Part shown: piece after piece, positions 20,791-31,737 of the stretch
Numbering within the stretch: the first letter of the stretch is position 1
Layout of the letters: each line of letters begins with the position of its first letter
From: a bacterium
GTDB lineage: Bacteria > Zhuqueibacterota > Zhuqueibacteria > Oceanimicrobiales > Oceanimicrobiaceae
Reading direction: 5' to 3'
Assembly: GCA_037446635.1 (NCBI GenBank)
Contig: JBBIIG010000001.1
Coordinates: forward strand, 117,638 to 181,637
Length of the DNA: 64,000 bases
Position numbers and translations under genes: made by a program
Notes under the pieces: model-generated
The model's input: only the letters and a program-made list of their open reading frames with translations
The model's database searches: none
What the model was told of the DNA's origin: nothing

Positions 20791-21658
20791 AATTTTTTAA
20801 TTTTTCGATAAGCAACTTTCTCAAATGCGGGTAAACGGAGTTGGCGTCAATTTCGCGGCCGCTCCAGATTCGCATCGCCGCGATGCCCTGGAAAATCAGC
20901 ATATCCAAACCGTCCATCACCGCTAAACCAGCCGCGCTTGCGGAGCGCAGAAATCGCGTCGGCAGTGGATTGTAGATGAGATCGATGGCGATCAGGTTGT
21001 CGTCCGTTTTCGGAAACTCAAATGGCGCCGCCGCGGAATCCGGCCACATTCCAACTGGCGTGGCGTTGATCACAAAATCCACCGACTCCAACAATTTCAA
21101 GATTTCCGCGTGCTGCAAATTTACCGTGATAAAATTAAAAAAACCACTGGCGCTGCTGAGATGTTCCACCAACTCCAGCGCGCGCACCGTCGTCCGGTTG
21201 GCGAGATAAATTTTTCGGATGCCGCCGCGAATCAGCGCCGCCGCCACCGCCCGCGCCGCGCCGCCCGCCCCTAAAATCAGCGCCTGTTTTTTAGATACCT
21301 CGAGGTTGTGAAACGCCAGCGCGCGCTCGAAGCCAGTGCCGTCGGTGTTAAACCCAAGGAGCCGGTTTTTTTCGTGCAAAACCACATTCACCGCGCCCGC
21401 CCGTTGCGCCCGTTCGTCCAGCTCATCCAGCAGCGAGATAATTTGCTCTTTGAACGGAATGGTTACGCTGAAGCCGCGGATGCCGCCAGCTTTCAGCGCT
21501 CGTATTTTTTCTTCGAATTGTTGCGGTGGAATTTCAAACAATTCAAAGCGGCCATTCAGTTGGATCGCCTCCAGCAGAAATTCGTGCAGCAAAGGCGAAA
21601 GCGAATGCCCGATGGGGTAGCCCACGACGCCGAACGCCAGCGATTTCGGCTTAGCCAC
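20777..21658 (-). CDS. aroE: Shikimate dehydrogenase
   Basis: HSLSPLLH, VTIPFK, NTDG, GAGGAA, NATPVGM, GLDMLIFQG. GTG start at 21658 overlaps the aroA stop. Confidence 0.95.
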   Translation of the reverse strand: MAKPKSLAFGVVGYPIGHSLSPLLHEFLLEAIQLNGRFELFEIPPQQFEEKIRALKAGGIRGFSVTIPFKEQIISLLDELDERAQRAGAVNVVLHEKNRLLGFNTDGTGFERALAFHNLEVSKKQALILGAGGAARAVAAALIRGGIRKIYLANRTTVRALELVEHLSSASGFFNFITVNLQHAEILKLLESVDFVINATPVGMWPDSAAAPFEFPKTDDNLIAIDLIYNPLPTRFLRSASAAGLAVMDGLDMLIFQGIAAMRIWSGREIDANSVYPHLRKLLIEKLKNYEPA

Positions 21659-22934
21659 TGGCAAGTTCCTCCAGCGTTTCAAAAAAATTCGGGAAGCTGA
21701 TGTCCACGCACTGCGCATTTTGAATGACCGTCTCCCCCTCCGCAATCAGACCAGCAACCGCGAAGGCCATGGCGATGCGGTGATCGTTAAAGCTGTCGAT
21801 GGCTGCGCCCCGCAAGCGCACTGGCCCGTGAATGACGAGTCCGTCTTCTTTCTCCAAAACCTCAGCGCCCATTTTCTGCAAATTGCTGTGGAGAGCGGTC
21901 AGGCGATCCGACTCCTTCACGCGCAGCTCGCCGGCGCCGCTGATTTCGGTGACGCCCTCCGCCTGAGTGGCGAGAACGGCGAGAATCGGAATTTCATCGA
22001 TGATCTGCGGAACGAGGTCGCCGCCGATTTTAATGCCGCGCAGGGCCGAGCTTTTAGCGGCGACGTCCGCAAAAAATTCGTTGTTGATGTTGGCAAAATT
22101 GATGATATCGATTTCCGCGCCCATCTCCATCAGCAGCGAAAGAAGCGCCCGGCGCGTGGGGTTGACGCCGACGTTCTCAATCGTAATTCGCGAGCCGCCG
22201 GTTAAAATGGCCGCGGCGATGAGAAAGGCGGCGCTGGAAAGATCGCCGGGAACAAAAACGTGCTGCGCCGTCAACTTCGCCGGGCCGGCGATGGAAATCG
22301 TGGCGCCGTCTTTTCCGATCGTTGCGCCAAAATTTTGCAGCAGGCGCTCGGTGTGATCGCGGGTTGGGAAAGGTTCGACCACGCGCGTCTCACCCTCGGC
22401 AAATAATCCCGCCAGCAGCACGCACGATTTCACTTGCGCGCTGGCCACGGGCAGCGAATAGGAAATTGGCGAAAGTTTGCCGCCGCGGATGGTCAGCGGT
22501 GCAAACGCATCGTTTTCTGCGTAAATTTGCGCGCCCATTTGCCGCAGCGGCTGCACGATGCGCGTCATCGGCCGGCGGCGAATGCTGGCGTCGCCGGTGA
22601 GGGTGGTTTCAAAAGGCTGCCCGGCGAGCAGCCCGCTCAGCAAACGAATCGTGGTACCGGAATTTCCAACATTTAAAATTTCTTTCGGCGAAGAAAAGCC
22701 GAACAGGCCTTTTCCAAAAACACAGGCCGCGCCATTTTTAAATTCAAACTTTGCTCCCAATTTTTGCAAACAGGCAAGCGTGCTTTTCACGTCCGCGGCG
22801 GGGGATAGATTTTCGATTTCAGTCACCCCCTCCGCCAGCGCCGCGATCATCAGCGCGCGGTGGGAAATGGATTTGTCACCGGGGAGCCGGAGTGCGCCAT
22901 TTAAGTTTTTCTTCGGGGAAATGATTTTAGTCAT
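21651..22934 (-). CDS. aroA: EPSP synthase
   Basis: PGDKSISHR, GNSGTT, SAQVKS, RDHTE, ELRVKESDR, DHRIAM. Confidence 0.98.
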   Translation of the reverse strand: MTKIISPKKNLNGALRLPGDKSISHRALMIAALAEGVTEIENLSPAADVKSTLACLQKLGAKFEFKNGAACVFGKGLFGFSSPKEILNVGNSGTTIRLLSGLLAGQPFETTLTGDASIRRRPMTRIVQPLRQMGAQIYAENDAFAPLTIRGGKLSPISYSLPVASAQVKSCVLLAGLFAEGETRVVEPFPTRDHTERLLQNFGATIGKDGATISIAGPAKLTAQHVFVPGDLSSAAFLIAAAILTGGSRITIENVGVNPTRRALLSLLMEMGAEIDIINFANINNEFFADVAAKSSALRGIKIGGDLVPQIIDEIPILAVLATQAEGVTEISGAGELRVKESDRLTALHSNLQKMGAEVLEKEDGLVIHGPVRLRGAAIDSFNDHRIAMAFAVAGLIAEGETVIQNAQCVDISFPNFFETLEELASG

Positions 22935-22943
22935 TTTCGATGA

Positions 22944-23825
22944 TCAGATTACTTTTTCGTTTCGGAAAAGAAGACGGCCCTGCGCCGCAGTTTGAAAATA
23001 GCCGGCTAATTCTGCATCAGAAATTTTCTTTTTGAAAAGCTGCAGCTCGGCAATAAAGCCATCGATGGCATCGACAACGTTGTTTTGATTGGCAGCAAAA
23101 ATATCGCGCCAGATATTGAACGAGCTTTCGGCCAAGCGGGTGCAATCGCGAAACCCAGCGGCCGCCAGACTGAAGTGAGCGGGCTCCGTTTGGTTGAGCC
23201 GATACGCGTAATTCATCAACGCCGTAGCCAAAATCTGCGGCAGGTGACTGATGTTCGCCACCACGCGATCATGCAATCGCGCCGGCATCATCAGCGGCTT
23301 TGCGCCGATGGCTTCAATCAACTGCGTCAAACCGGCCACCAACTCTGCCGGGGCGTCCGAATCTTCGTCGATCACGTACACCGCATTTTTAAACAAATCG
23401 GCATTGGCGTGTTGGAATCCGCTTTTTTCCGAACCGGCCATCGGGTGGCCTCCCAAAAAATAAACGCCCCGGGGGAGGCGTTTTTTTGCGGCAGCAACAA
23501 TCACTTCTTTGACGCTGCCCACATCGGTGATGAGCGCGCCGGTTTGTGCGGAGTCGGCGACAAGCGGAAGCCAGTTCAAAATCTCTCGAATCGGCGCGGC
23601 AAGAATAACTAAGTCCGCGCGCGACAAACAGCGCTTGCTGCCCGCCAGGTCCCCCAGTGCGCAGCCATCGGTGACGACCTCCGTCGCTAGCGCTTTTTGA
23701 ATGACGCCGTCGCAATCAATGGCGCTCACTTTTGCCGCGCCGCCAAATTTTTTAAACGCCGCCGCCAGCGAGCCGCCAATCAGGCCCAATCCAATTATTA
23801 AAATTTCTCTGAACGGCAAAATCAA
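22944..23825 (-). CDS. tyrA: Prephenate/arogenate dehydrogenase (no ACT domain)
   Basis: GLGLIGGS, TDVGSVK, GGHPMAGSEKSG, HD..VA.ISHLPQ, GFRD.TRLA. Confidence 0.93.
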   Translation of the reverse strand: MILPFREILIIGLGLIGGSLAAAFKKFGGAAKVSAIDCDGVIQKALATEVVTDGCALGDLAGSKRCLSRADLVILAAPIREILNWLPLVADSAQTGALITDVGSVKEVIVAAAKKRLPRGVYFLGGHPMAGSEKSGFQHANADLFKNAVYVIDEDSDAPAELVAGLTQLIEAIGAKPLMMPARLHDRVVANISHLPQILATALMNYAYRLNQTEPAHFSLAAAGFRDCTRLAESSFNIWRDIFAANQNNVVDAIDGFIAELQLFKKKISDAELAGYFQTAAQGRLLFRNEKVI

Positions 23826-23878
23826 ACTTTCTCAATTTTTGAAATAATAAAAAACCGCTGCGACATGATCAAGCAAAA

Positions 23879-24892
23879 TTACCAGCGCTGGTTGATGGCC
23901 TTCGCGATGATTTTTAGCTCTGCCATCAATTGTCGAAATTGCTCGGGGTAAAGCGACTGTGCGCCGTCGGAAAGCGCTTGCTCTGGCTGGTTGTGCACTT
24001 CGATCAAAAGTCCGTGAGCGCCGGCGGCAATGGCGGCGCGCGCCATCGGCGCCACTTTATCGCGGCGGCCGGTGGCGTGGCTGGGGTCGGCGATAATCGG
24101 CAAGTGGCTGAGCTTCTTAACAATCGGGATGGCCGAAATATCGAGCGTGCTGCGGGTGTAGTTCTCGAAGGTGCGGATACCGCGCTCACAGAGGATGACC
24201 TGGTAATTTCCGCCGGCCATGATGTACTCCGCCGCCATCAACATTTCTTCGATGGTCGCCGCCAGGCCGCGTTTCAGCAGCACCGGCTTGCGGATTTTTC
24301 CTAACTCGCGCAGCAGAGAAAAATTCTGCATGTTGCGCGCGCCCACTTGCAAAATGTCCACGTATTCCACCAGCAGCGGGATGTGCTGGCTTTCCATCAC
24401 TTCGGAGACGCTGACCATGCCATTTTCGCGAGCGGCTTCCCGCAGCCAGCGCAAGCCTTGTTCGCCCAGCCCCTGAAAACTGTAGGGTGAGGTGCGCGGC
24501 TTAAAGGCGCCGCCCCGCAGCACGGCGGCGCCGCTCTGTCGCACCAATTTGGCAATCGCGTGAATTTGTTGCGCGGTTTCAACCGAACACGGTCCGGCCA
24601 TCATCACCAGGCGATCGCCGCCGATCTCCACGCCGCCGATTTTGATCACCGTATCCTCGGGATGAAACGTGCGGCTGCTGAGTTTGTAGGGCTCGGTGAT
24701 CGGCACAACTTTATGTACGCCCGGCAGCACCTCCAGCATTCGCGAATCCAGGCCGCGCTTGTCGCCGATGGCCCCCAGAACCGTTTGATTCACTCCCGTT
24801 GAGCGGTGAACATCGAATTTCATCTCGGTCAATTTTGCAATGACGTTTTGAATCTCGTCTTCCGAAGCGATTTCTTCCATAACCACGACCAT
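23879..24892 (-). CDS. aroF: DAHP synthase type I-beta with N-terminal regulatory domain
   Basis: MAGPCSVE, RGGAFKPRTSPYSFQG, QVGARNMQN, LKRG, CERGIRTF, DPSH. Start at ATG 24892. Confidence 0.95.
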   Translation of the reverse strand: MVVVMEEIASEDEIQNVIAKLTEMKFDVHRSTGVNQTVLGAIGDKRGLDSRMLEVLPGVHKVVPITEPYKLSSRTFHPEDTVIKIGGVEIGGDRLVMMAGPCSVETAQQIHAIAKLVRQSGAAVLRGGAFKPRTSPYSFQGLGEQGLRWLREAARENGMVSVSEVMESQHIPLLVEYVDILQVGARNMQNFSLLRELGKIRKPVLLKRGLAATIEEMLMAAEYIMAGGNYQVILCERGIRTFENYTRSTLDISAIPIVKKLSHLPIIADPSHATGRRDKVAPMARAAIAAGAHGLLIEVHNQPEQALSDGAQSLYPEQFRQLMAELKIIAKAINQRW

Positions 24893-24896
24893 AGGT

Positions 24897-25193
24897 TCAC
24901 TCCATTTTATTTGGTTTGTTAGTTTGAGAGGCCAAAATATCTTTTTCAAGCTTGCGCGATTCGTCGATGATACGCTCGAAAACCCGGCGCACGCCGTCGT
25001 CGCTCATCGGACCGGAATTTTCGTCCATCAGCCGCTGGATGATTCGGGCCTCGCGATCCGGCGAGTAAATTGGCAAAAGCAGTTCCTTTTTGAGATGCGC
25101 GATTTCGATGGAGTATTTTGCCCGCTCGTTCAAGCAGCGCAAAATTTTCAAATCGATGTCATCGATGCGGGCGCGCCAGTTTTCAATATCCAT
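24897..25193 (-). CDS. Chorismate mutase (monofunctional, all-helical type II)
   Basis: WRARIDDID..IL..LNERA and IYSPDRE; AGGAG RBS before ATG 25193. Confidence 0.92.
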   Translation of the reverse strand: MDIENWRARIDDIDLKILRCLNERAKYSIEIAHLKKELLLPIYSPDREARIIQRLMDENSGPMSDDGVRRVFERIIDESRKLEKDILASQTNKPNKME

Positions 25194-25195
25194 GT

Positions 25196-25996
25196 TCAAA
25201 CTCCTGCGATTGCGTTTTTCATTTCGTAAACAAATTGTTTCGCGGCGGTCAGCGCTTCGGCGTCATTTGCAGTGCGGGAAATTAAATCTACCAAAGCGCT
25301 GCCGATGATGACGCCGTGGCAGAGACGGGCAATTTCCCGGGCTTGTTGCGAAGTCGATATCCCAAAGCCCACCAGGTAAGGATGCCGAGCGATTTTGGAA
25401 ACGGTTTGCAGGAAATTCTGCAGGCCGCGATCCAGGCTTTGTCGGGCGCCGGTGACGCCGGTAAGGGAGACACAATAGAGAAAATCCCGCGTCAGATTGT
25501 CCACTGTCAAAATGCGTTCCGCGCTGGAATTGGGCGCAACCAAAAAATTGACGCCGACGCCGCTTTCATCAAAATGCGATTTGAAATTGAGATACTCCTC
25601 CGGGAGTAAATCCGGGATGATGAGTCCGGCCGCTCCGCTGGAGCGCACATCGCGCAAAAACTCCGGCAAACCGTAACTCAAAATTGGATTGAGATAACTC
25701 ATCACAATCAGCGGTGCAGAACATTCCTCCCGCATCGTTGCAACTTGCTGCAAAATTGTTTTCAATGTGATGCCGTTCTCCAATGCGATCATCGATGCTC
25801 GTTGAATGGTCGGGCCGTCGGCGAGGGGGTCGGAAAAGGGCACGCCAATTTCGATCAAGTCCGCGCCGGCCTCGGCGATGGCGAACGCCAATTCAGTTGT
25901 GCTCTGCAGCTTCGGATAGCCCGCAGGTAAAAAGATCGCAAGCAGCTTCTCGCTTTTTTCAATTTTTTGTTGCAAGAATTTTGTAAGACGAGTCAC
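25196..25996 (-). CDS. trpA: Tryptophan synthase alpha
   Basis: [30 protein letters not shown]. Confidence 0.97.
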   Translation of the reverse strand: MTRLTKFLQQKIEKSEKLLAIFLPAGYPKLQSTTELAFAIAEAGADLIEIGVPFSDPLADGPTIQRASMIALENGITLKTILQQVATMREECSAPLIVMSYLNPILSYGLPEFLRDVRSSGAAGLIIPDLLPEEYLNFKSHFDESGVGVNFLVAPNSSAERILTVDNLTRDFLYCVSLTGVTGARQSLDRGLQNFLQTVSKIARHPYLVGFGISTSQQAREIARLCHGVIIGSALVDLISRTANDAEALTAAKQFVYEMKNAIAGV

Positions 25997-27198
25997 TCTT
26001 TCAATTCCTCCAGTTGCGACTGCACCAGCGCCACGTCTTTATCGCCGCGACCGGAAAGGCAAATCACAATGCTTTGATCGCGGCGCGTGGCCGGCGCAAG
26101 TTTGACCACTTCCGCCACCGCGTGCGCCGACTCCAACGCCGGAATAATGCCTTCCAACTGAGCCAACTTTTTGAACGCCGCCAGCGCTTCGGCGTCGGTA
26201 GCCGAAGAATAGCGAACACGCTTTGAGTCTTTCAGAAAACTGTGTTCTGGCCCGACGCCCGGGTAATCCAGACCGGCTGAAATGGAATGCGCTTCGTTAA
26301 TTTGGCCAGCATCGTTTTGCAGCAAATAGCTCAGGGCGCCGTGCAAAACTCCCGGACGGCCGGCGCTGAGCGTGGCAGCGTGCCGCAGCGAACCTATTCC
26401 CGAGCCGCCGGCTTCAACGCCGACGAGCTGAACCTCATCTTCCAGAAACGGATGAAACAGGCCGATGGCGTTGCTGCCGCCGCCCACGCAAGCAACGAGG
26501 TAATCGGGCAACTTTTTTTGGTCGGCAAAAAATTGGCAGCGGGTTTCGCGGCCGATGACGGCTTGAAAATCCCGCACCATCATCGGGTAGGGGTGCGGCC
26601 CCACCACGGAGCCAATCAGATAAAAAGTGTCGCACACATTGGTCACCCAATCGCGGATGGCTTCGTTGATGGCGTCTTTGAGCGTGCGGCTCCCGGAAGT
26701 CACAGGAATCACGTCGGCGCCCAACAAGCGCATGCGAAACACGTTAAGCTGCTGGCGGCGGGTGTCTTCTTCACCCATGTAAATCGCGCATTGTAATCCA
26801 AACTTGGCTGCGGCCGTGGCGACCGCCACGCCGTGCTGTCCGGCTCCGGTCTCAGCGATGATTCGATGTTTTCGCATTCGCTTTGCGAGCAAAATTTGGC
26901 CGATAGCGTTGTTGATTTTGTGAGCGCCGGTGTGATTCAAATCTTCCCGTTTTAGAAAAATCTTCGCGCCGCCCAATTCCGCGGTGAGGCGATGGGCAAA
27001 GGTCAGCGGCGTGGGCCGGCCGGCGTAGCGCTTCAGATAAAAATCCAATTCGTGCTGAAATTCAGCGTCAGACCGTGCAAATAAATACGCTTGCTGCAGT
27101 TCCATCAACGCTGGCGCTAAAATTTCCGGGACAAACTTTCCACCGTACGCACCGAAGTAGCCGCGCGCGTCCGGGAGATCATAGGGTTGATTGAACAT
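25993..27198 (-). CDS. trpB: Tryptophan synthase beta
   Basis: [44 protein letters not shown]. Confidence 0.98.
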   Translation of the reverse strand: MFNQPYDLPDARGYFGAYGGKFVPEILAPALMELQQAYLFARSDAEFQHELDFYLKRYAGRPTPLTFAHRLTAELGGAKIFLKREDLNHTGAHKINNAIGQILLAKRMRKHRIIAETGAGQHGVAVATAAAKFGLQCAIYMGEEDTRRQQLNVFRMRLLGADVIPVTSGSRTLKDAINEAIRDWVTNVCDTFYLIGSVVGPHPYPMMVRDFQAVIGRETRCQFFADQKKLPDYLVACVGGGSNAIGLFHPFLEDEVQLVGVEAGGSGIGSLRHAATLSAGRPGVLHGALSYLLQNDAGQINEAHSISAGLDYPGVGPEHSFLKDSKRVRYSSATDAEALAAFKKLAQLEGIIPALESAHAVAEVVKLAPATRRDQSIVICLSGRGDKDVALVQSQLEELKE

Positions 27199-27805
27199 GT
27201 TTCCGAATTTCTCCCAAAAAAGAGCTTAGCTTGTGCGGATCTTTTTTTCCGGGATATGCCTCCACCCCACTGCTAACGTCCACCGCGTACGGTTGCGCCG
27301 TCCGCAGCGCCGCGATGACATTGCCGGCGTGCAAACCGCCGGCAAGAACGATGTTGCCGTAGCGGTTGGCGTCGCGGGCTAGTCGCCAATCGAAACACAC
27401 GCCGGTGCCGCCGTACATGTCGTCAACGTCAGCATCGAGAACAAAGCCCGCGATGTGATAGTCCCGCAACCACTGGAGATTAAAATTTGATTTTACTCGA
27501 AAGGCTTTTAACACCGGCCGCGAAAGGTGATGGCAGTAATCCGCGCTCTCGTCGCCGTGCAATTGAATGAGATCAAGTGGTAAGCGCTGGCAGAGTCGGT
27601 TTAAATCGCCCAGCGGCAGGTTTACAAACACGCCGACTTTGGCGACAAACGGCGGCAGCTTTCTCATAATCGCGTCAGCGCGCTGGGGTTCGACGTAGCG
27701 CGGGCTCGGTTTGTGAAAAACAAATCCCAACGCATCGGCGCCCAACTCGCAGGCCAACAGGGCGTCTTCCAAATTAGTGATGCCGCAAATTTTCACCTTG
27801 ACCAT
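27179..27805 (-). CDS. trpF: Phosphoribosylanthranilate isomerase
   Basis: [30 protein letters not shown]. Confidence 0.97.
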   Translation of the reverse strand: MVKVKICGITNLEDALLACELGADALGFVFHKPSPRYVEPQRADAIMRKLPPFVAKVGVFVNLPLGDLNRLCQRLPLDLIQLHGDESADYCHHLSRPVLKAFRVKSNFNLQWLRDYHIAGFVLDADVDDMYGGTGVCFDWRLARDANRYGNIVLAGGLHAGNVIAALRTAQPYAVDVSSGVEAYPGKKDPHKLSSFLGEIRKHVQSTL

Positions 27806-28590
27806 TTGCGCACCCCAACGAATTGTTGCAGAGCCGCGCCGACGTCCGGCGCGCGCACCAGCGCTTCGCCAATCAAAACCGCATCGACTCCCAGTTTTCC
27901 CAGCCGTTCCACGTGCTCGCGATCTTTGACGCCGCTCTCCGACACCACCGTGACGCCGCTGGGAATATGCGCCAATAGTTTTTCAGTCGTCGCCAGATCT
28001 ACCTTGAAATTCATTAGATTTCGGTTGTTGATGCCAATCAGTTTGAACCGGCTGGAAATGGCGCGCTCCAATTCCTCGCGCTCATGAACTTCGACCAGCG
28101 TTTCGAGGAGACACTCCCGCGCCGTGTGCATCAATTCCAGAAAAAGTTGCGGCGGCAACAGATTCAGAATCAACAGCACCGCATCCGCGCCATAAGCTCG
28201 GGCTTCAATGATTTGATAGGGATCGATGATAAAATCTTTTCGCAGCAGCGGCAAGGACGAACGCTGGCGAATTTTAGAGAGATAATTTCGATTGCCGGCA
28301 AAATATTTTTCGTCGGTCACAACCGAGATCGCCTGCGCGCCATTTTTACTGTAGGCCTGCGCAATGGCCACGGGATCGAAGTCGGCGCGCAGGATACCGG
28401 CGGACGGCGAGGCTTTTTTCACTTCAGCAATGACCGCGACCACATTTTTGTGACTCAATTGCGGCGAAAACGGCCGCGGCGGCGGGCTCTGTTTTATCAG
28501 CCCCCAAAGCGTGGAGAGTTGCACCTCGCGCTTGCTTTTGCGCACCTCCAGTTTTTTGTGTTTGATGATGATGTCCAAAATCGTTGGCAT
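27793..28590 (-). CDS. trpC: Indole-3-glycerol phosphate synthase
   Basis: IAEVKKASPS, LRKDFI, LVEVH, GINNRNL, SESG. Confidence 0.97.
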   Translation of the reverse strand: MPTILDIIIKHKKLEVRKSKREVQLSTLWGLIKQSPPPRPFSPQLSHKNVVAVIAEVKKASPSAGILRADFDPVAIAQAYSKNGAQAISVVTDEKYFAGNRNYLSKIRQRSSLPLLRKDFIIDPYQIIEARAYGADAVLLILNLLPPQLFLELMHTARECLLETLVEVHEREELERAISSRFKLIGINNRNLMNFKVDLATTEKLLAHIPSGVTVVSESGVKDREHVERLGKLGVDAVLIGEALVRAPDVGAALQQFVGVRKWSR

Positions 28591-28591
28591 G

Positions 28592-29605
28592 TCACAGCTC
28601 GTGGGAAAGTTTTTTTAGCGCTTCGAATTTTTGCGCTGCGGCGCCGGAGTCAATCGCCGCCATCGCCATTTGCGCGCCTTCTTTGAAATCGCTTGCCAGG
28701 CCTGCCACCAAGAACCCGCACGCCGCATTGCAGACGACGATGTCCCGCGCCGCGCCTTTTTCTCCGCGCAAAACCGTTTTGACGATGGCGGCGTTTTCCG
28801 CGGGTGTCCCGCCCGTCACGCCATTGTCGGTACGCGCTCGCAGTCCAAAATCTTGGGGCGAAATGCTGCGTTCGGAAATGACGCCATCTTTCAACTCAAT
28901 CATATTCGTCGGCTGGCAAACGGAGACTTCATCGAGACCGTCCTCGCTGTGGACGATGAGAACATGCTGCGCGCCCAACTCTTTCAACACCTCCGCCACG
29001 AAACGCGCCGCTGCCGCACTATAAACGCCCAACACTTGATGCTGGACGCCCGCCGGATTGGTGAGCGGACCGAGTAGGTTGAAAACCGTGCGCACCCCGA
29101 TTTCCCGGCGCGGCGCAACCGCATGTTTCATGGCTGGGTGCAGCATCGGCGCAAACAGAAACGCGACGCCGATTTCATCGAGACAGCGGCTCACTTGCTG
29201 CGCGTTCAAATCGATCTTCACGCCCAACTCTTCTAGCAAATCGGCGCTGCCGCAGCGACTGGAAACCGAACGGTTGCCGTGCTTCGCCACCACCGCACCG
29301 CCGGCCGCCGCCACCAACGACGCCACGGTTGAAATATTGAAGGTGCCGCGGCCATCGCCGCCGGTGCCGCACATGTCGATGGCGTTAGCATGGTGCGTGG
29401 TTACCGGCGTCGCTTTTTCGCGCATGGCGCGGGCAAAGCCGGCGACTTCGGGGCAGGTCTCCCCTTTCAACTTCTCGGCCACTAAAAACGCGGCGATTTG
29501 CGCCGGTGTGGCCTGCCCGGCCATGATGGTGTTCATCACGTCATAAGCTTGCTGAGTGTTCAAATCCTGGCCGTCGATGAGCAGACGAATGATTTCTTGA
29601 ATCAT
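28592..29605 (-). CDS. trpD: Anthranilate phosphoribosyltransferase
   Basis: DMCGTGGDG, NISTV, AKHGNRSVSS, GLDE. Start at ATG 29605 overlaps the trpG stop. Confidence 0.97.
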   Translation of the reverse strand: MIQEIIRLLIDGQDLNTQQAYDVMNTIMAGQATPAQIAAFLVAEKLKGETCPEVAGFARAMREKATPVTTHHANAIDMCGTGGDGRGTFNISTVASLVAAAGGAVVAKHGNRSVSSRCGSADLLEELGVKIDLNAQQVSRCLDEIGVAFLFAPMLHPAMKHAVAPRREIGVRTVFNLLGPLTNPAGVQHQVLGVYSAAAARFVAEVLKELGAQHVLIVHSEDGLDEVSVCQPTNMIELKDGVISERSISPQDFGLRARTDNGVTGGTPAENAAIVKTVLRGEKGAARDIVVCNAACGFLVAGLASDFKEGAQMAMAAIDSGAAAQKFEALKKLSHEL

Positions 29606-30186
29606 GAGCGGTCTCCGCGAGTTTGACACACTTTCAAAAAATTCGCTAAAATTTTTTTGCCCGCGATTGTTAGGATGGATTCCGGATGAAATTGTACCCC
29701 GTACAGCGGATAGCTTCGATGTTGTAAACCCATGATGAGATGATCGTCGGTTTCAGCGGTTACAACCAACTCAGCCGGCAGAGTCGTTCGTTCCACAATC
29801 AACGAGTGATAACGGGTGGCAATAAACGGATTGGCAATCCCCGCAAACAAGTTTAGACTGTTGTGATAAATGAGCGAGGTTTTGCCGTGCATCAGTTTCG
29901 GGGCGGAAACGATGCGCCCGCCGAAGGCATAACCAATCGCCTGATGCCCCAAACACACGCCAAGGATCGGTTTCAACGGCGCGATCTCTCCAATCAAGTT
30001 TACGCACATGCCCGCCTGCTCCGGACGGCCGGGACCGGGGGAAATCACAATTCCTGAGGCACGGATCTTTTTTAAATCAAGTTCAGGATCATCGTTTCTG
30101 ACGACCTGCACTTCGGCGCCCAACTCGCCCAAATACTGCACGAGATTAAAGGTGAACGAGTCGTAGTTGTCGATAACTAAAATCAC
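29602..30186 (-). CDS. trpG: Anthranilate synthase component II (glutamine amidotransferase)
   Basis: IDNYDSFT, SPGPG, GVCLGHQ, QFHPES. GTG start at 30186 with GGAGG RBS overlaps the trpE stop. Confidence 0.96.
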   Translation of the reverse strand: MILVIDNYDSFTFNLVQYLGELGAEVQVVRNDDPELDLKKIRASGIVISPGPGRPEQAGMCVNLIGEIAPLKPILGVCLGHQAIGYAFGGRIVSAPKLMHGKTSLIYHNSLNLFAGIANPFIATRYHSLIVERTTLPAELVVTAETDDHLIMGLQHRSYPLYGVQFHPESILTIAGKKILANFLKVCQTRGDRS

Positions 30187-31658
30187 CTTAATCCTCCTTC
30201 GGCAAAATCGATGGCAGCTTGCAGGGCCGCCGCTTTGTGAATGGTTTCCTGAAATTCTCGTTCCGGAATCGAATCGGCAACGACGCCCGCGCCGGCTTGA
30301 AAGTAAGCCTGCGGCCCCTGCGTCACGATGGTGCGGATGGCGATGCAAGTATCCAAATTTCCACAGAAATCGAGGTAACCAATTGCGCCGGCATAAATCC
30401 CGCGGCCTTCCGGCTCCAGTTCGCTGATGATTTCCATGGCGCGAATTTTAGGCGCGCCGGTAACCGTGCCCGCGGGAAAACAGGACGCCAGCGCCTCGAT
30501 CGCGGAAAGGCCGTTCCGCAATTTCCCACTAACGTTGGACACCAGGTGCATGACATGCGAGTATTTTTCGACAGACTTGAAATTGGTTACGCTCACGGAA
30601 CCGGCCTGCGCGACGCGGCCAACGTCGTTGCGGCCCAAATCCACCAACATTACGTGCTCGGCGATCTCCTTTTCATCGCTCAAAAGATTTTGCGCAAAGC
30701 GGTCGTCCTCATCGGCATCTTGGCCGCGCGGCCGGGTGCCGGCAATCGGCCGGACTTCCACCACGCCGTCTTCCACTCGTATTAGAAGCTCCGGCGACGA
30801 GCCGATGATGCAGGCGTCGTTCATTTTGAGAAAATATAAATAGGGCGAGGGGTTGATGAGCCGCAGGGCGCGGTAAATGTCTAGAGGGTCGGCGTGGATG
30901 GCGCGTTGGAATTTTTGCGAGAGCACCACTTGAAAAATGTCGCCGGCGCGGATGTACTTTTGCGCAGCGACCACCGCGCGGCAGAAATCGGCTTCACTAA
31001 AATTGCAGGAAACAGCGGAGAGAGCGGCCTTCGGTGGTAACGTGCGCGGGGGATTGCGGTCCAGCATTTTTTCAATGTCGGCGATTTTTGTTAATGCGTC
31101 TTCGAACTGGCTGGCGAGGGAACGGGCGCTGTCCAAAAAAACATTGGCGACGATGTAGATCAAGTGGCGGAAGTGATCGAAGATTAAGACGGTATCGAAA
31201 AACATGAACAGCGCGTTGGGCAGGTTCACGCCCTTCGGTTTTTGAGTGGGAATGTTTTCGAGCACACGCGCCGTTTCATAGCTCAAAAAACCGACGGCGC
31301 CGCCGGTGAAGCGCGGCAGCCCGGCGGCGCGCACGCCTCTAAATTTTTGAAACGTTTTTTTCAAATACTGGAAGATGTTTTCGCCGGCGGCCGTTGTTCT
31401 GCCTTCGCGCTCCTCAAAAATTTTATCTCCGCGCATTCGAACCGTCAGGAATGGTTGGCAGCCAAGAAACGAATAGCGTGCGTATTTCTCTCCGCCTTCG
31501 ACGCTCTCCAAAAGAAACGCGGGCGCGCCGGCGGTTTGCAGCCGCATCAAAGCCGAGACCGGAGTCAGCAGATCCGCGAGGCGAGTGGCGTAAACCGGAA
31601 TCACGTTGCCTAATTTTGCCAGCTTTTGAAATTCCGAGAACGGCAGCGATGGAATCAT
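30183..31658 (-). CDS. trpE: Anthranilate synthase component I
   Basis: LLESVEGGE, GDIFQVVLS, NPSPY, PIAGT, EHVMLVDLGRND, GAPKIRAM. Confidence 0.97.
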   Translation of the reverse strand: MIPSLPFSEFQKLAKLGNVIPVYATRLADLLTPVSALMRLQTAGAPAFLLESVEGGEKYARYSFLGCQPFLTVRMRGDKIFEEREGRTTAAGENIFQYLKKTFQKFRGVRAAGLPRFTGGAVGFLSYETARVLENIPTQKPKGVNLPNALFMFFDTVLIFDHFRHLIYIVANVFLDSARSLASQFEDALTKIADIEKMLDRNPPRTLPPKAALSAVSCNFSEADFCRAVVAAQKYIRAGDIFQVVLSQKFQRAIHADPLDIYRALRLINPSPYLYFLKMNDACIIGSSPELLIRVEDGVVEVRPIAGTRPRGQDADEDDRFAQNLLSDEKEIAEHVMLVDLGRNDVGRVAQAGSVSVTNFKSVEKYSHVMHLVSNVSGKLRNGLSAIEALASCFPAGTVTGAPKIRAMEIISELEPEGRGIYAGAIGYLDFCGNLDTCIAIRTIVTQGPQAYFQAGAGVVADSIPEREFQETIHKAAALQAAIDFAEGGLR

Positions 31659-31670
31659 TTTTTCGGCCTT

Positions 31671-31708
31671 AAAATAAAAAACCCACTATATAGAGTTATA
31701 TAGTGGGT
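31671..31708 (-). terminator. Intrinsic terminator (attenuator) upstream of trpE
   Basis: Minus strand ACCCACTATATA-ACTC-TATATAGTGGGT (12-bp stem) followed by TTTTTATTTT, 12 nt before the trpE ATG. Confidence 0.9.
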
Positions 31709-31737
31709 CGGATGAGCGTTACGTTATGGGGTTCGAT

